From an uncultured Pseudomonadota bacterium (GTDB taxonomy: Bacteria > Myxococcota_A > Polyangia > Fen-1088): DNA of 64,000 nucleotides. The position numbers and the translations under genes are program-made. The DNA lies in assembly GCA_963723305.1 (NCBI GenBank), contig CAVRRT010000046.1:239-64238 (forward strand), read 5' to 3'. Below are positions 19,446 through 29,700 of this stretch, piece by piece (position 1 is the stretch's first letter; each line of letters begins with the position of its first letter). Under the pieces are notes generated by a model. The model made no database searches. It saw nothing but the letters and a program-made list of their open reading frames with translations, and was not told the DNA's origin.

Positions 19446-19954
19446 TCCTGCGGCAGCGGGCTGTCGCCGTCGAGCACCGCGCAATCCATCGCCAGCGCGG
19501 ACGCCGCGGCGGTGGGGTTCTCGAGGCACTGCAGGTCGCCGCTGGGGTGCCCGTTGGCTGTCACCGTCGTCGTCGTCCCGAAGGAGACCGACTTGGCGCA
19601 CTGGCCGATGGGGATCGCCGAGACGTTCCCCACGGCGGTGAGATCGGCGAGGAACGCGACGACTTCTGGAGAGCCCACCGGGAACATCGCGGGCGATACG
19701 CTGAGCGAGCCGAGCGGTGGGCCGAGGGTGCGGTTGGCGCTCCCGTCGCTGTAGACGGTCACGTCGACCTCGGCGGCGTTGGTCGACGCGGACTCTACGA
19801 TGAGCGCCACCACGCCGCCATCGCCCACGGTCAGGCCCGCCCGGCCGAGGGAGTCGCTGTTGCTGCACCCGAGGGCCAGCGCCAGCGACGCACACCCGAT
19901 CACGCCGCGCCAGTCCATGAGCAAGAGCGTCGCGCCGGTCGGGGTGTCAGTCAA
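19442..19954 (-). CDS. Hypothetical lipoprotein
   Basis: Lipobox LALALGCS. No recognisable domain. Alternative start at 19918. Confidence 0.5.
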   Translation of the reverse strand: MTDTPTGATLLLMDWRGVIGCASLALALGCSNSDSLGRAGLTVGDGGVVALIVESASTNAAEVDVTVYSDGSANRTLGPPLGSLSVSPAMFPVGSPEVVAFLADLTAVGNVSAIPIGQCAKSVSFGTTTTVTANGHPSGDLQCLENPTAAASALAMDCAVLDGDSPLPQD

Positions 19955-20087
19955 CCCGGGGCCTGAACGGAGAGCGACCGCGTCAACTCGACCGCCGGAT
20001 TATTTTCGGGTGGGTCGGAGGGAGGTACAGCGCGCTCGATCCCCTTGTCGCAGGGGACGTCCCGGGTCAGCCATCTCGTCAGATCGT

Positions 20088-20963
20088 TCAGGACTTGCCG
20101 TAGATGCGCACCAAGGTGCCGCCGTTCTCGGACGTGAACAACGTGAAGGTCGTGGCGGTCGCGGTGAACCCGGCGCTCCCCCCGTTGTCGCCGCCGTCGC
20201 CGGGCGGCGGGCAGGTCTGGGTGTAGGTGATCATCGTTCCCGAAATCGCCGCCGTCCCCTCCTCGCTCGTCGCCAGCGTCCCATCGAGGGCGTATTTGTC
20301 GAGCGTGAACGAGCTGGCGGTCGCGTCGGTGATTACGAACGTCTGGCGTCGGGCTGCCAAGTCCCCGGTAAGGTTGCCGGCCGCGTCCGGCATCGGTCCA
20401 TAAAAGGAGCTGGACCCCAGCTGGTAGGTCCCGTTGCTGACCGTGCCACCCTCCGGCGTCGGCGTCGTGGTGTAGGAGAAGATATTCGTCGGGATGCAAT
20501 AGCCCCCCGTCACAGACCCGGTGAGGGTGCTGCACTGCTCAGCCGCTCCCGCCCCGTCACCACAGATCGGGAGCGCGCCACTGGCCCCACCCGCACCGCC
20601 GTTCGAGCCAGCGCTCCCGCCGCCGGCACCTGCGCTGCCATTCGAGCCGGCGGTGCCGTTCGAGCCCGCGGTGCCGTTCGAGCCCGCGCTGCCGTTCGAG
20701 CCGGCGGTGCCGTTCGAGCCGGCGGTGCCGTTCGAGCCGGCGGTGCCGTTCGAGCCCGCGGTGCCGTTCGAGCCGGCGGTGCCGTTCGAGCCCGCGCTGC
20801 CGTTCGAGCCGGCGGTGCCGTTCGAGCCCGCGCTGCCGCCGGTCCCCGTCGTGCCGCCCTTGGCGCCCGCACCGCCGCCCCCGCCTGTTCCGCCGCCCCC
20901 CGATGAACCGCACCCGTTCAGAGCCAAGGCCAGCAACCCAACACCGAGACCGAATCGACGCAT
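20088..20963 (-). CDS. Lipoprotein with G(T/S)AGSN x11 repeat linker, function unknown
   Basis: MRRFGLGVGLLALALNGCGS lipobox at the ATG at 20963. The ORF is open to 21131, but that extension lacks a signal peptide. Confidence 0.65.
   Translation of the reverse strand: MRRFGLGVGLLALALNGCGSSGGGGTGGGGGAGAKGGTTGTGGSAGSNGTAGSNGSAGSNGTAGSNGTAGSNGTAGSNGTAGSNGTAGSNGSAGSNGTAGSNGTAGSNGSAGAGGGSAGSNGGAGGASGALPICGDGAGAAEQCSTLTGSVTGGYCIPTNIFSYTTTPTPEGGTVSNGTYQLGSSSFYGPMPDAAGNLTGDLAARRQTFVITDATASSFTLDKYALDGTLATSEEGTAAISGTMITYTQTCPPPGDGGDNGGSAGFTATATTFTLFTSENGGTLVRIYGKS
20636..20836 (-). repeat. 18-bp in-frame tandem repeat, ~11 copies (encodes G[TS]AGSN); coordinates approximate
   Basis: Plus-strand unit GCCGTTCGAGCCGGCGGT/GCCGTTCGAGCCCGCGCT, repeated head to tail. 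Confidence 0.85.
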
Positions 20964-21208
20964 GAGTCCTCCGCTGGAGACGTGTGGGCGGCGCAAGTTC
21001 CCCGCCGCGCCGCATTTTAGACCGACCCGAAGCGACGAGGCGAGGGTGGTGGCGCGCGCGTCGGGACCCCTCGGCTTCGCGGTGTCGAGCCGTCGCGCCA
21101 CGGCGGCACCGTGATAGACATGGCGACCCACCGCGCCGAGGGTGCGGGCAGATGCGGTTGACGCGGCGGCATCTGATAGCGTAAGTACCGACGCGCACTT
21201 AAGTCTTC

Positions 21209-21280
<72 letters not shown>

Positions 21281-21558
21281 CAAGGTTTCACAGCGTCTGG
21301 GCACCTCGGGATGGCTGCCCGTCTCCCTGGGCAGTCCAACCCATCCCGTCCGTGGACAGCGCCGCGACGACCGACCACCCGCTGTGCCTTCGGGAGCAGC
21401 CGATCTGCGCGCGTCGTCAGCCGCCCGAGGCGACCCTCTGCCGGGCGCCTGGTTTCGCGACGCCTTGGACGAACGTGAGACGCTACGTCTCGTGAAGAGC
21501 GTGCCTGGCCGAGATCGAGAGGCGGTTGGCGGCGCGAACGAATGGCGCCGGCCGGATC

Positions 21559-21771
21559 TCAGCCCCCGACTCCGAGGTCGACGCGGCGTCGATAGAACCT
21601 CCCGAGGTAGTACAGGATGTCGGGATTGCCCTGGAAGGTACTCCACATGGCCTGTCGAGCCTGCCTTCGCTCGGCGTCGGACATTCCCGGCCGGACGTCC
21701 TCTAGGCGGTCGTAGGTCAGCCCGGAGGACGAAACGATCTTCACAGGTGTTCCATGACCAATCATAGGCAT
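21559..21771 (-). CDS. Small hypothetical protein (70 aa)
   Basis: Only the C-terminal 70 codons of a longer shadow ORF look coding (MPMIGHGTPVKIV...FQGNPDILYYLGRFY). No homology recognised. Confidence 0.3.
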   Translation of the reverse strand: MPMIGHGTPVKIVSSSGLTYDRLEDVRPGMSDAERRQARQAMWSTFQGNPDILYYLGRFYRRRVDLGVGG

Positions 21772-21849
21772 GCACGCAAGCAAGTGGCGGCACACGCGGC
21801 AAAAGACCCGCTTGGCAACCGATGGCGCCTGCCTGGTAAGCTCATCCTC

Positions 21850-22155
21850 ATGGAGACGTGGTCGGCCATGCTGGCGGTCGGTTTCTTGCTGGTCCTCCCG
21901 CAGGTCGTCGGGCTCGCCGCCGCCCGCGTCGGTCGACACCGTTCGGCGGCCGCCTGGCCGTTGGGCGCTGCGGGCGTCGTTGGCCTGCCCTTGGCGATCA
22001 TGGCCATCTTCGAGCACTACCCGATCCAGCAGACTCGGGCGGAGGACAGCTCGTGCGTATCGTCCTGGCTCTACGCCATTTCTCTGATGGCGCTGCACTT
22101 TGCGGTCGGAAGCATTTTCGGCGCGCTCGACCGACGTGCGCGGGCGCGGCGATGA
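21850..22155 (+). CDS. Small membrane protein (about 3 TM)
   Basis: METWSAMLAVGFLLVLPQVVGLAAA... hydrophobic segments. ATGA stop/start overlap with the next ORF. Confidence 0.45.
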   Translation: METWSAMLAVGFLLVLPQVVGLAAARVGRHRSAAAWPLGAAGVVGLPLAIMAIFEHYPIQQTRAEDSSCVSSWLYAISLMALHFAVGSIFGALDRRARARR

Positions 22156-22361
22156 GGTTTGCTTGGATGGTCGCGGGTGGGTTCGGCGGCTTCGTCGCGG
22201 GCGAGGTCGTCGGTCTCATGATCGGCGGTATCGGTCCCTGCAGCGTCTCGGGCTGGGCGTTCCTGGGGCTCGTCACTGGGCCCGTTGGCGCCGTGGCGTA
22301 TCCGCTCTGGAAGCACTACCTCAGGAAGCGCCGACCCTTGGAATGGGACGGCAGTCGTTAG
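22152..22361 (+). CDS. Small Gly-zipper membrane protein (69 aa)
   Basis: MRFAWMVAGGFGGFVAGEVVGLMIGGIG... Translationally coupled to the upstream ORF. Confidence 0.45.
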   Translation: MRFAWMVAGGFGGFVAGEVVGLMIGGIGPCSVSGWAFLGLVTGPVGAVAYPLWKHYLRKRRPLEWDGSR

Positions 22362-22488
22362 CGGAGGTAAGCCGGTCTTTACACCCGGGCGGTCCTCGAG
22401 AAGGTCGAGCTTCCCTCGCTCATCTGCCGAACGCGCCGCCGCGCGCGGCCGAATCGTCACATGTCGGTCGCGCGCGGCTCACGGCGTC

Positions 22489-25400
22489 CTAGAAGATGAT
22501 GTCGTTGCAATCACCGGTGATCGGGAAGGACGTCGTCGCGGCGTCAGCCTTGACGAAGGTGACCTGAGGGTTCGTGGCCGACGCGTCGCCCGGGTTGAGA
22601 CTGTAACTTAGGAAGAAAGACCCTACCGTCGTGCTGGACGCCGTGGGAAGGGTGGCGATACCGACGATGGCGTCAATTTGGAACTCGAGATTGCCCCCCG
22701 CCGCGATGAGCTGACTCTGGGGCTCGGCGCCTGGCGCGTAGACGGACTCCTCGAGGTCGCTGCCGATGGAAGAGGCGAACACTCCCGGCGGAACGAACAT
22801 GTTGCTGAGCTGGACGGTGAACGGAGCCGTCCCCTCATTCTCGATGCTGGTTATGCCGAAGAAGACGAAAGCGACGCCGGGTCCCCCCGCGCTGACCAAG
22901 TCGTTGGGAGGTTCGATGTCTGTATAGCCGTTGCAGGCGCCGATCTGCACGTAATTGATGGTTACGGCGGGCGTCGGCGGCGGTGGTGGTGGTGGCGGCG
23001 GTGGTGGCGGGCTCAGGCTCGGGGCCAGGGCGGCCAGGAGGCTGCAGGTCGGGGTCCCCAAACCCGTCGCCAGGTCGTAGCCCTGCACGGCGTGATAGAG
23101 GCCCGGCGTCTCCGAGGTGCCGGCGGCCGGAGCGCCGGGAAGAGCGACGGAGGTCGTCACGGAAGGCGTGGTGTTCGAGATCGTTTGCGCGATCGGTGCC
23201 GACGGCGTGCCCGCCCCATCGCTGGAGCCCTCGATCTTTTGCCCGTCGTCGAACCAATCGTTGTTGCTGCCGTCCGCGATGTCGTTGAAGTTGGAAGCGC
23301 TCGCCGCGGCAAGGCGATAGAGCGTGGGGTTCAGGAAACCGACCGGAGTGGTCGAGGACACGCCTCCGACGCCGTTCGCCTGGTTGATGAGCGCCGTGAA
23401 CGCCGCCCACAACGGCGCACCCGCGCTCGTGCCCCATGAGCAAGCGCTGCCGCCGTTGAGAACGGTCCCCAGGTTGGTCGCGACCAGCGACACATCGGGG
23501 ATCATGCGCGCGTTCGAGGGATTGTTGTTCACCTCCCCGTTCGTCGAATTGACACCCACCTGCCAGCTCGGGAGGGGAAGGGCGGTCAGCGGAGGGCTGC
23601 CCTGAACGCTGGGCGAGGTTCCCGTGCAAAAGCCACCGCCGGTGACCGAGTTCTGCGGAACGTTGGTCTGCAGCCGACCGTTGACGGTGCTGGTGACGGT
23701 TCGTGGGATGTTGGTGGCGTTCCAGGTCGTCTCCGACGAATAGGCACCGAGCGTTCCGGCGGAGCCCGTGGTCGTCAGCTCGGTCCCGCCGACGATGGTG
23801 ATGTAGGGGCTATCGATCATCGGCTCCGGTACATTCGGCAGCGGGCTGGCTGAGGCGCTGTTGTACGGAGAGCTCGGAATGTACGCGCCCTTGTCCATGG
23901 ACGCTTCGAAGAACGACTGACTTTGACACGCATACTGGTAGAAGATGTTTTGCTCGGACAGCTGCTCGTTGTTCGTGCTGAACCCCCAATACCAAGAGGA
24001 GCTGATGGTCTTCGCCACGTCGTCATCGGCGATTTGCCCGAGAACCAAGGTGTTGGCGACGTTGTTGTTCTCGTAGACGATGAGGTTGGCTTGGGGCGCC
24101 ACGCTGAGGACCATGCTCATATCCAACGCCACTTCGCTGTCGTCTCCCTTGCCGTTCCCCCCGTTCGGAGGGAACGTGACGGTGCCGAACGGAATCGACT
24201 TGCTGGAGGGGGGGACCTCCTGGGTGACGTTCGACAGATTGGTCGGGACGTTGAGCGCGGTCTCGCCCAGGAGTGTGCCCTGCGCGAAGGCCGTGATGTC
24301 GCTCGCGATGTAGCTGTCTTGCTCGAAGAGAGCCACCGTCTGTCCCTGGCCTTGTCCCAACGAAGACGCGCAACTCGCGAAGTACGCGTTCGCGAAATCC
24401 GAGCCGTAAAAGGCGTTCTGGGAGCCGATGGGGGACTGCGTACAGTTGTAGGACACGGTTCCTCCGCCGTGAAAGGTCTCGGCAGAGTCGTCCAAGCCCG
24501 AAATGTCGAGGATGGGAATGCTCGCCACCGAGGGACCGGGGTTGATGGAGGGATCGTTGGCCGGTGCGTAGAACGTCGTGCCGTCGGGGCGTTGGTAGAC
24601 GTTCAAGGTGACGAAGAAAGCATTTTCGATGGCCGCCGCGGTCCCCGTCACGGCCAGCATGTTCCGCGCCGTGAACGTGCGGGCGATGGTCAAGCCGTTG
24701 GCGGTGACGAAGCTCGTCAGGTGGTTGTAGTCCGTCGTCGTCGGGCCGTAGGCGGCGGCGAATCCCGTCGGCGTCAGGGGCGCCGGTCGGGAGGACACCG
24801 TCGGGTTGGAGAGCTCGTCGATGAAGGTCGTAATGGGCGGGGCTCCGGAGCCGGGAGCTCCGTTCACTTGGAGCTGCAGCGCGATGTTAAGGGTCAGCAT
24901 CGTCGTGCCCGGGAGGTTTCCCACCAGCGGCGCGGTGGCGATGACCGGAGGTACGTTTCCGGTGATCGGCTGGCTCCCGCTCGGGGCGCGGCAGGCGGGA
25001 GGTACGCCCGTGGAGCTCCTCACCAGCTGGCCGGCGTCGTAGAGCGCGAACGTGCCCGTGTCGACGTAGCTCCCGCTCCCGCCCGAGACGCACGAGCTGT
25101 ACCAAGCCGCCGTTCCCGGGGTGAAATTCCCGTAGTTGGCCAAGTGGACCTGGCTTTGAATGTTGCTCCAGGTGGCGCCGGGGGGGAGTAGCGCGTTGTC
25201 GGTGTTGGAGATGGTGATCTCCCAGTTGGCTTGTTGTTGCGGGCCCGGTCCGCAGGCGGAGAACGAGGTCGGTGGCGCGGCTGTCACGCCCGACACCTGA
25301 TGCACGCAGCTCGGGTTTCCAGCGTCGCTCACGCAGCCGCCGTAGAAGACTTGCGGCACGACTTTTTGGCCGCTGGTGTCGTCCGGCCAGAACTTGATCT

Positions 25401-25770
25401 GGATCGCCGAGAGGGGCAGGGCGGTCGAGCCGTTGTTGGTCACCTGGAAGAAGTTCTGCACCTGATTTGCCCCGCAGGAGTTGGTGAGTACCTGCAGCGT
25501 CAGGCCGGTCGAGGCAGCAGATCCCGACAGTGCGGACGTGACTGCGTCGACGCTGATGGGGGCGTTGTTTTGAGGACGGTCGCAAGCAACCAAGAGGCTG
25601 CCCCCGGCCAGCAAGCCCAAAACCAACGAAGCGAGGACTGTTGGGCCGCGCCGGAACGTTCCGAGCAATGTGATCACGACCCCGTTCTGTCTGCGGAGAT
25701 GGCGCGCCGCCGTACCCGTGATCACCGCCACTCCACGTTGACACCTCAAATACCGGTCAAAAAGACGCAT
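22489..25770 (-). CDS. Secreted multidomain S53 (sedolisin/kumamolisin-type) serine peptidase with N-terminal carbohydrate-binding-like module, poly-Pro linker and unknown C-terminal domain
   Basis: Pro-kumamolisin-like activation segment (FAAAYGPTTTDYNHLTSFVTANGLTI...). S53 catalytic Ser motif WGTSAGAPLWAAFTALI. P12 linker. The ATG at 25770 is preceded by GGAGG. Lipobox-like LLVAC. Confidence 0.85.
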   Translation of the reverse strand: MRLFDRYLRCQRGVAVITGTAARHLRRQNGVVITLLGTFRRGPTVLASLVLGLLAGGSLLVACDRPQNNAPISVDAVTSALSGSAASTGLTLQVLTNSCGANQVQNFFQVTNNGSTALPLSAIQIKFWPDDTSGQKVVPQVFYGGCVSDAGNPSCVHQVSGVTAAPPTSFSACGPGPQQQANWEITISNTDNALLPPGATWSNIQSQVHLANYGNFTPGTAAWYSSCVSGGSGSYVDTGTFALYDAGQLVRSSTGVPPACRAPSGSQPITGNVPPVIATAPLVGNLPGTTMLTLNIALQLQVNGAPGSGAPPITTFIDELSNPTVSSRPAPLTPTGFAAAYGPTTTDYNHLTSFVTANGLTIARTFTARNMLAVTGTAAAIENAFFVTLNVYQRPDGTTFYAPANDPSINPGPSVASIPILDISGLDDSAETFHGGGTVSYNCTQSPIGSQNAFYGSDFANAYFASCASSLGQGQGQTVALFEQDSYIASDITAFAQGTLLGETALNVPTNLSNVTQEVPPSSKSIPFGTVTFPPNGGNGKGDDSEVALDMSMVLSVAPQANLIVYENNNVANTLVLGQIADDDVAKTISSSWYWGFSTNNEQLSEQNIFYQYACQSQSFFEASMDKGAYIPSSPYNSASASPLPNVPEPMIDSPYITIVGGTELTTTGSAGTLGAYSSETTWNATNIPRTVTSTVNGRLQTNVPQNSVTGGGFCTGTSPSVQGSPPLTALPLPSWQVGVNSTNGEVNNNPSNARMIPDVSLVATNLGTVLNGGSACSWGTSAGAPLWAAFTALINQANGVGGVSSTTPVGFLNPTLYRLAAASASNFNDIADGSNNDWFDDGQKIEGSSDGAGTPSAPIAQTISNTTPSVTTSVALPGAPAAGTSETPGLYHAVQGYDLATGLGTPTCSLLAALAPSLSPPPPPPPPPPPPTPAVTINYVQIGACNGYTDIEPPNDLVSAGGPGVAFVFFGITSIENEGTAPFTVQLSNMFVPPGVFASSIGSDLEESVYAPGAEPQSQLIAAGGNLEFQIDAIVGIATLPTASSTTVGSFFLSYSLNPGDASATNPQVTFVKADAATTSFPITGDCNDIIF

Positions 25771-26140
25771 CGGAACCTCCCACGTTGTGTTCGTGACCCA
25801 TGCACTGTTGGTGGAGCGTGTGGCCATCACCACTGCGCGCCCGTAAATGAATGAAATATGGCGAACGCATGCCGTTCAAAAAGGGGTCGGCCAACCACCG
25901 TCGCAGTGGTAATCCGCCCCCCAGGTCGACTTCATGGCAGAAGGGGATCTCTTGATACTTGTCATCACGCCGGGCATCTGTGGTCTTGCGGACAGTGAGA
26001 GAGGAGAGATCGCAGTTTGTGAAGGTCGACGGTCTCAATTGTTTCCGTTCAACGCCCCCCCCCCACCGCATTTCGTCATCCCCTCATCAACGCCGCGTGA
26101 TAGGCTGCCTCGGCCGGGAGGGGGAGAAGGCGTGGCCGTG

Positions 26141-26749
26141 ATGTGGCACGAGACTGAAAGCGGCATTCGCCAGTTGTGCGAGGCGAAGGAGTTCGATCGG
26201 GCCGCTACGTGGACAATCGAGGTCTACGGCGCCGAGATAGGCCGTTTCCTTTCGGGTCGAACCGGGAACGAGGCGGACGCCAAAGACGTCTTTGCGATAT
26301 TTTGCGAGGATCTCTGGCGAGGGCTTCCTCGTTTCGAGTGGCGCTGCACGCTCAGAGGGTGGGCCTACACGATCGCGCGCCACTCGGAGCTGCGGTACGC
26401 CGCTTCGCCCCAGCGTCGGAAGGATCAAATTATTACGCTTTCTGATGCCCATACCGTGATGCGCCCGGACACACGTACGCCACCTTACAGAAGGACGGAC
26501 GTCAAGGATCGGTTCCGCGAGATTCGCTCGCGTCTCGGCGACGAGGATCAGTTGATCCTGATTCTGAGGGTTGATCGAAACTTGGGGTGGAAGGACATCG
26601 CCTGCGTCTTGGGGGGCCCGGAGGCGCCCTCAACGAGTGACGGTGGCCGAGAGGAGGCGCGGATCCGAAAGCGATTTCAATTGGTCAAAGAACGGCTGCG
26701 CCGATGGGCCGAGCAGGATGGATTATTGCCGTCAGAACGAACGACGTAG
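26141..26749 (+). CDS. ECF-type sigma-70 family RNA polymerase sigma factor
   Basis: Region 2 (DAKDVFAIFCEDLWRGLPRFEW...RGWAYTIARH) and region 4 (DQLILILRVDRNLGWKDIACVLG). ATG 26141 follows a GGGAGGGGGAG purine tract. Confidence 0.85.
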   Translation: MWHETESGIRQLCEAKEFDRAATWTIEVYGAEIGRFLSGRTGNEADAKDVFAIFCEDLWRGLPRFEWRCTLRGWAYTIARHSELRYAASPQRRKDQIITLSDAHTVMRPDTRTPPYRRTDVKDRFREIRSRLGDEDQLILILRVDRNLGWKDIACVLGGPEAPSTSDGGREEARIRKRFQLVKERLRRWAEQDGLLPSERTT

Positions 26750-29700
26750 CGTATCGTTGGCGCGAAACGGAGAGATCCTGGTGAAGGCGGGGCCGGCCAA
26801 ACTGGAGGGACAGCCTGGTCACGAGAGCGACGGCCGGACTGCGGAGTGGCTGAGAAGCACGCGCGCGCCGGGCCAGGGAGCGACCGGAACTCCGTCGACG
26901 CAGATCGAGAGCTGGCTTCGCGCGGCAGCCCAGCTTTCGGCCGGCCCCCCCGCTCGGGAAGCCCCGCTGCTGCGGACCGGCGCCCGCTTGCGGGGCGGTC
27001 GCTTCGTCGTCGGCAAGGTGCTCGGCAAGGGCGGGATGGGTGCAGTTTACGAGGTGCGCGATCTCGAGAGAGGGGCCAACCTCGCGCTCAAGACGTTGCT
27101 CGACACGCGCTCTGAGCGACTCCTCGACTTAAAAAATGAGTTCAGGGCGCTGCAAGATCTCATGCACCCGAACCTCGTCCGCCTCGATGAGCTGTTCGAG
27201 AGCGACGGTCTCTGGTTCTTTACGATGGAACGGATCCACGGCACGCCGTTCTCGAGCTTCGTACGTCCATGCGGTCTCGATCCCCAACGGCTACGCCAGA
27301 GCCTCAAGGAGCTCGCCCAAGGATTGCTGGCCCTACATGGCGCCGACAAGATTCACCGTGACGTGAAACCGTCCAACACCCTCGTCGAGAGGGGCGGTCG
27401 GGTGGTATTGCTCGACTTTGGTTTGGTCGGAGATACCAGAAGCACGCGAGAAGGACGTAGGCCTGGGATCGGTACGGCCGCGTACATGGCGCCGGAACAG
27501 GCAAGTGGCGACGGCGGCCGGCCAGCCGACTGGTACAGCGTGGGAGTCATGCTCTACGAGGCGTTGACCGGCGTGGTTCCCTTCGAAGGCCGGCCCGAGG
27601 ATGTCCTGACCCGCAAGTTGGTGGAGGCTGTACATCCTCCTTCGACCCGCGCCGAGGGCGTGCCGCTCGACCTGGAAAACCTTTGTCTCGATCTTCTGCG
27701 GTTGGAACCAGGTCGACGCCCCACGGGCGAAGAGGTTTTGCAACGCATCGTCGGACGGGAGCTCACCCTGGCGCGGCAGAGCACACCGAAGCCCGAAACG
27801 AGGCGGTTCGTCGGCCGCTCGCACGAGCTCCACCTCCTTCGAGAGGCGCTGGCGAAGACCGGCCACGCGGGGCCCGTCACGGTCCTGATTCAAGGTGAAT
27901 CTGGGGTTGGAAAGACGGCCCTGCTCGACGCGTTCGTTCAGCAGTTGGAAAGGTCGGTCATCGTACTGGCCGGTCGTTGCTACGAACGGGAGTTCGTCCC
28001 GTTCAAGGCACTGGACGGATTGATCGATTCCCTGGCACGGCACCTCGATCGGATCGACGACTCCGCTCTGCCCCGGCTCCTTCCGTCGGGCTGCCACGCC
28101 CTGGCACGAATCTTCCCGGTGCTGGAGCGCGTCTGCCGGCGTGCCAACCTGCCCACCGATGAAGCCGAGCCGGCATGGCCGATCGAGGCGCGGCACACTG
28201 CATTCGAGGCGTTGCGGGAGCTGCTGGCGGGGTTGGCGCGAAGCGGGCCGGTCGTGTTGGCGATCGACGACCTTCATTGGGCCGACGTCGATAGCCTCGC
28301 CGTCCTCGAGGACCTGCTGCACGGTCCTCTACCCCGCAACGTGCTCCTCATTCTGTTGGGGCGATCTGGAACGAGGCCGCCCGAGGTGTCCGGCGAGCTC
28401 CTGCTCCTCGAGCTCGGAGCGCTACCCGCGGGCGAGGCCAGGGAACTGGCCTGTTGTCTTCTCGCCGAAAGGCCGGGAGAGGCTCCATTCGATCCTGCTT
28501 GGCTGGCAGAGGAAGCCGGCCGCCATCCACTGTTCATGGAGGCGATGCTGCGTCATGGTCCGGCCGCCGGTGGCGGTCGTATCCGTCTGGAGGACGCGCT
28601 CGCCGCCCAGGTGAAAGCCCTTCCGCCGCCCGCCCGTGCCGTGCTCGAGATCGTCAGCATCGCCACTCAGCCGCTCTCGCCGGCAACTATCGCCCGGGCA
28701 ACCGGTCTCTTCGCAGAGCCCCTCTTCAAAGTGGTCCGCGACTTGCAAACCGAGCGTCTGCTTCTATCGCGGAGCGAGGGGGCGCTGGCATCCATCGAGC
28801 CCTACCACGATCAGGTGAGGCGCGCGGTCAGCGGGTGCATGGCGCCGGAACGGCAGTTGAACTGCCATCGCAGCGTCGCCGAGGCGTTGGAGGTCACGGC
28901 GCCTGAAGGCTCGGAGGCGCTCGCAATCCACTGGCGAACGGCGGGCAACACGGAGCGTGCCCGCCTGCATGCCATCGCCGCCGGTCACACGGCCCGTCGC
29001 GCGCTGGCCTTCGACCGAGCTGCAACCTTTTATCGTTGGGCGCTCGATCTCCAAACGGGGAGGGGGGAGATGGCGGCCGACCTGCATCGCTGGCACGCCG
29101 AGGCGCTGGCCAACGCTGGCCGCGGGGCGGAATCGGCAGCGTCCTATCGAGCAGCCGCCGATTTGGCAGGCGGGAACGAGAAGACGGACCTTCTCCGCTG
29201 CCGGGCGGAGCAATTGCTGCGCGCCGGGCATGTCGACGAGGGACTGTCTGCGCTCGACGCCGTCCTCGCGTCGCTGGGTATGTCACGACCCCGGAGCCTC
29301 GCCAATGCGATCCGCATACTGGTCCAGGAGCGGTTCCTGGAAGCGTGCGGCGCCCTGGCCCGTCGCTTCGTCCCTCTCGGCGATCGGCGGGCGGCGGCAC
29401 TGGCACGCCGCGCTGACGCATGTTGGACGACGGGCCTTGGTCTTTCGTGGATCGACCCCGTCGTGGCAGCCGTCTTCCATTCACGCTACCTGCGTCTGAG
29501 CCGCCGCCTCGGCGATCCGGTCCGCGTCGCGCTCGGGTTGTGCATGCGGGCTCCGAGTGGCGCATTCGGCGGCCCTCCGGCCGGGCGCGCGCGACGGACG
29601 CTGGAGCTCGCGCGTGAGGTGATGGGCGGCCGAACCGATCCGTTCGTCGACGGCTACCAGGCGCTCTCCGCCGGAATGGTCGCGTTTCTCCTCGGCGAGT

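Noticed and set aside
21281-22480. Integrase or mobile-element genes expected next to tRNA-Thr.
   Set aside because: No tyrosine or serine recombinase motifs are found in any frame. Only small membrane ORFs are present. The att-like repeat at 33314-33336 is weak, being a 10-mer plus a 6-mer with a 7-nt gap.
28101-28116. Sigma-54 promoter candidates for the NtrC-type activator. TGGCAC hits include 28103-28108 (TGGCACGAATCTTCC), 12514-12519 and 16490-16495, plus minus-strand hits at ~13071 and ~20451.
   Set aside because: All lie inside coding regions and lack the TTGC(A/T) -12 element at the correct 5-nt spacing.
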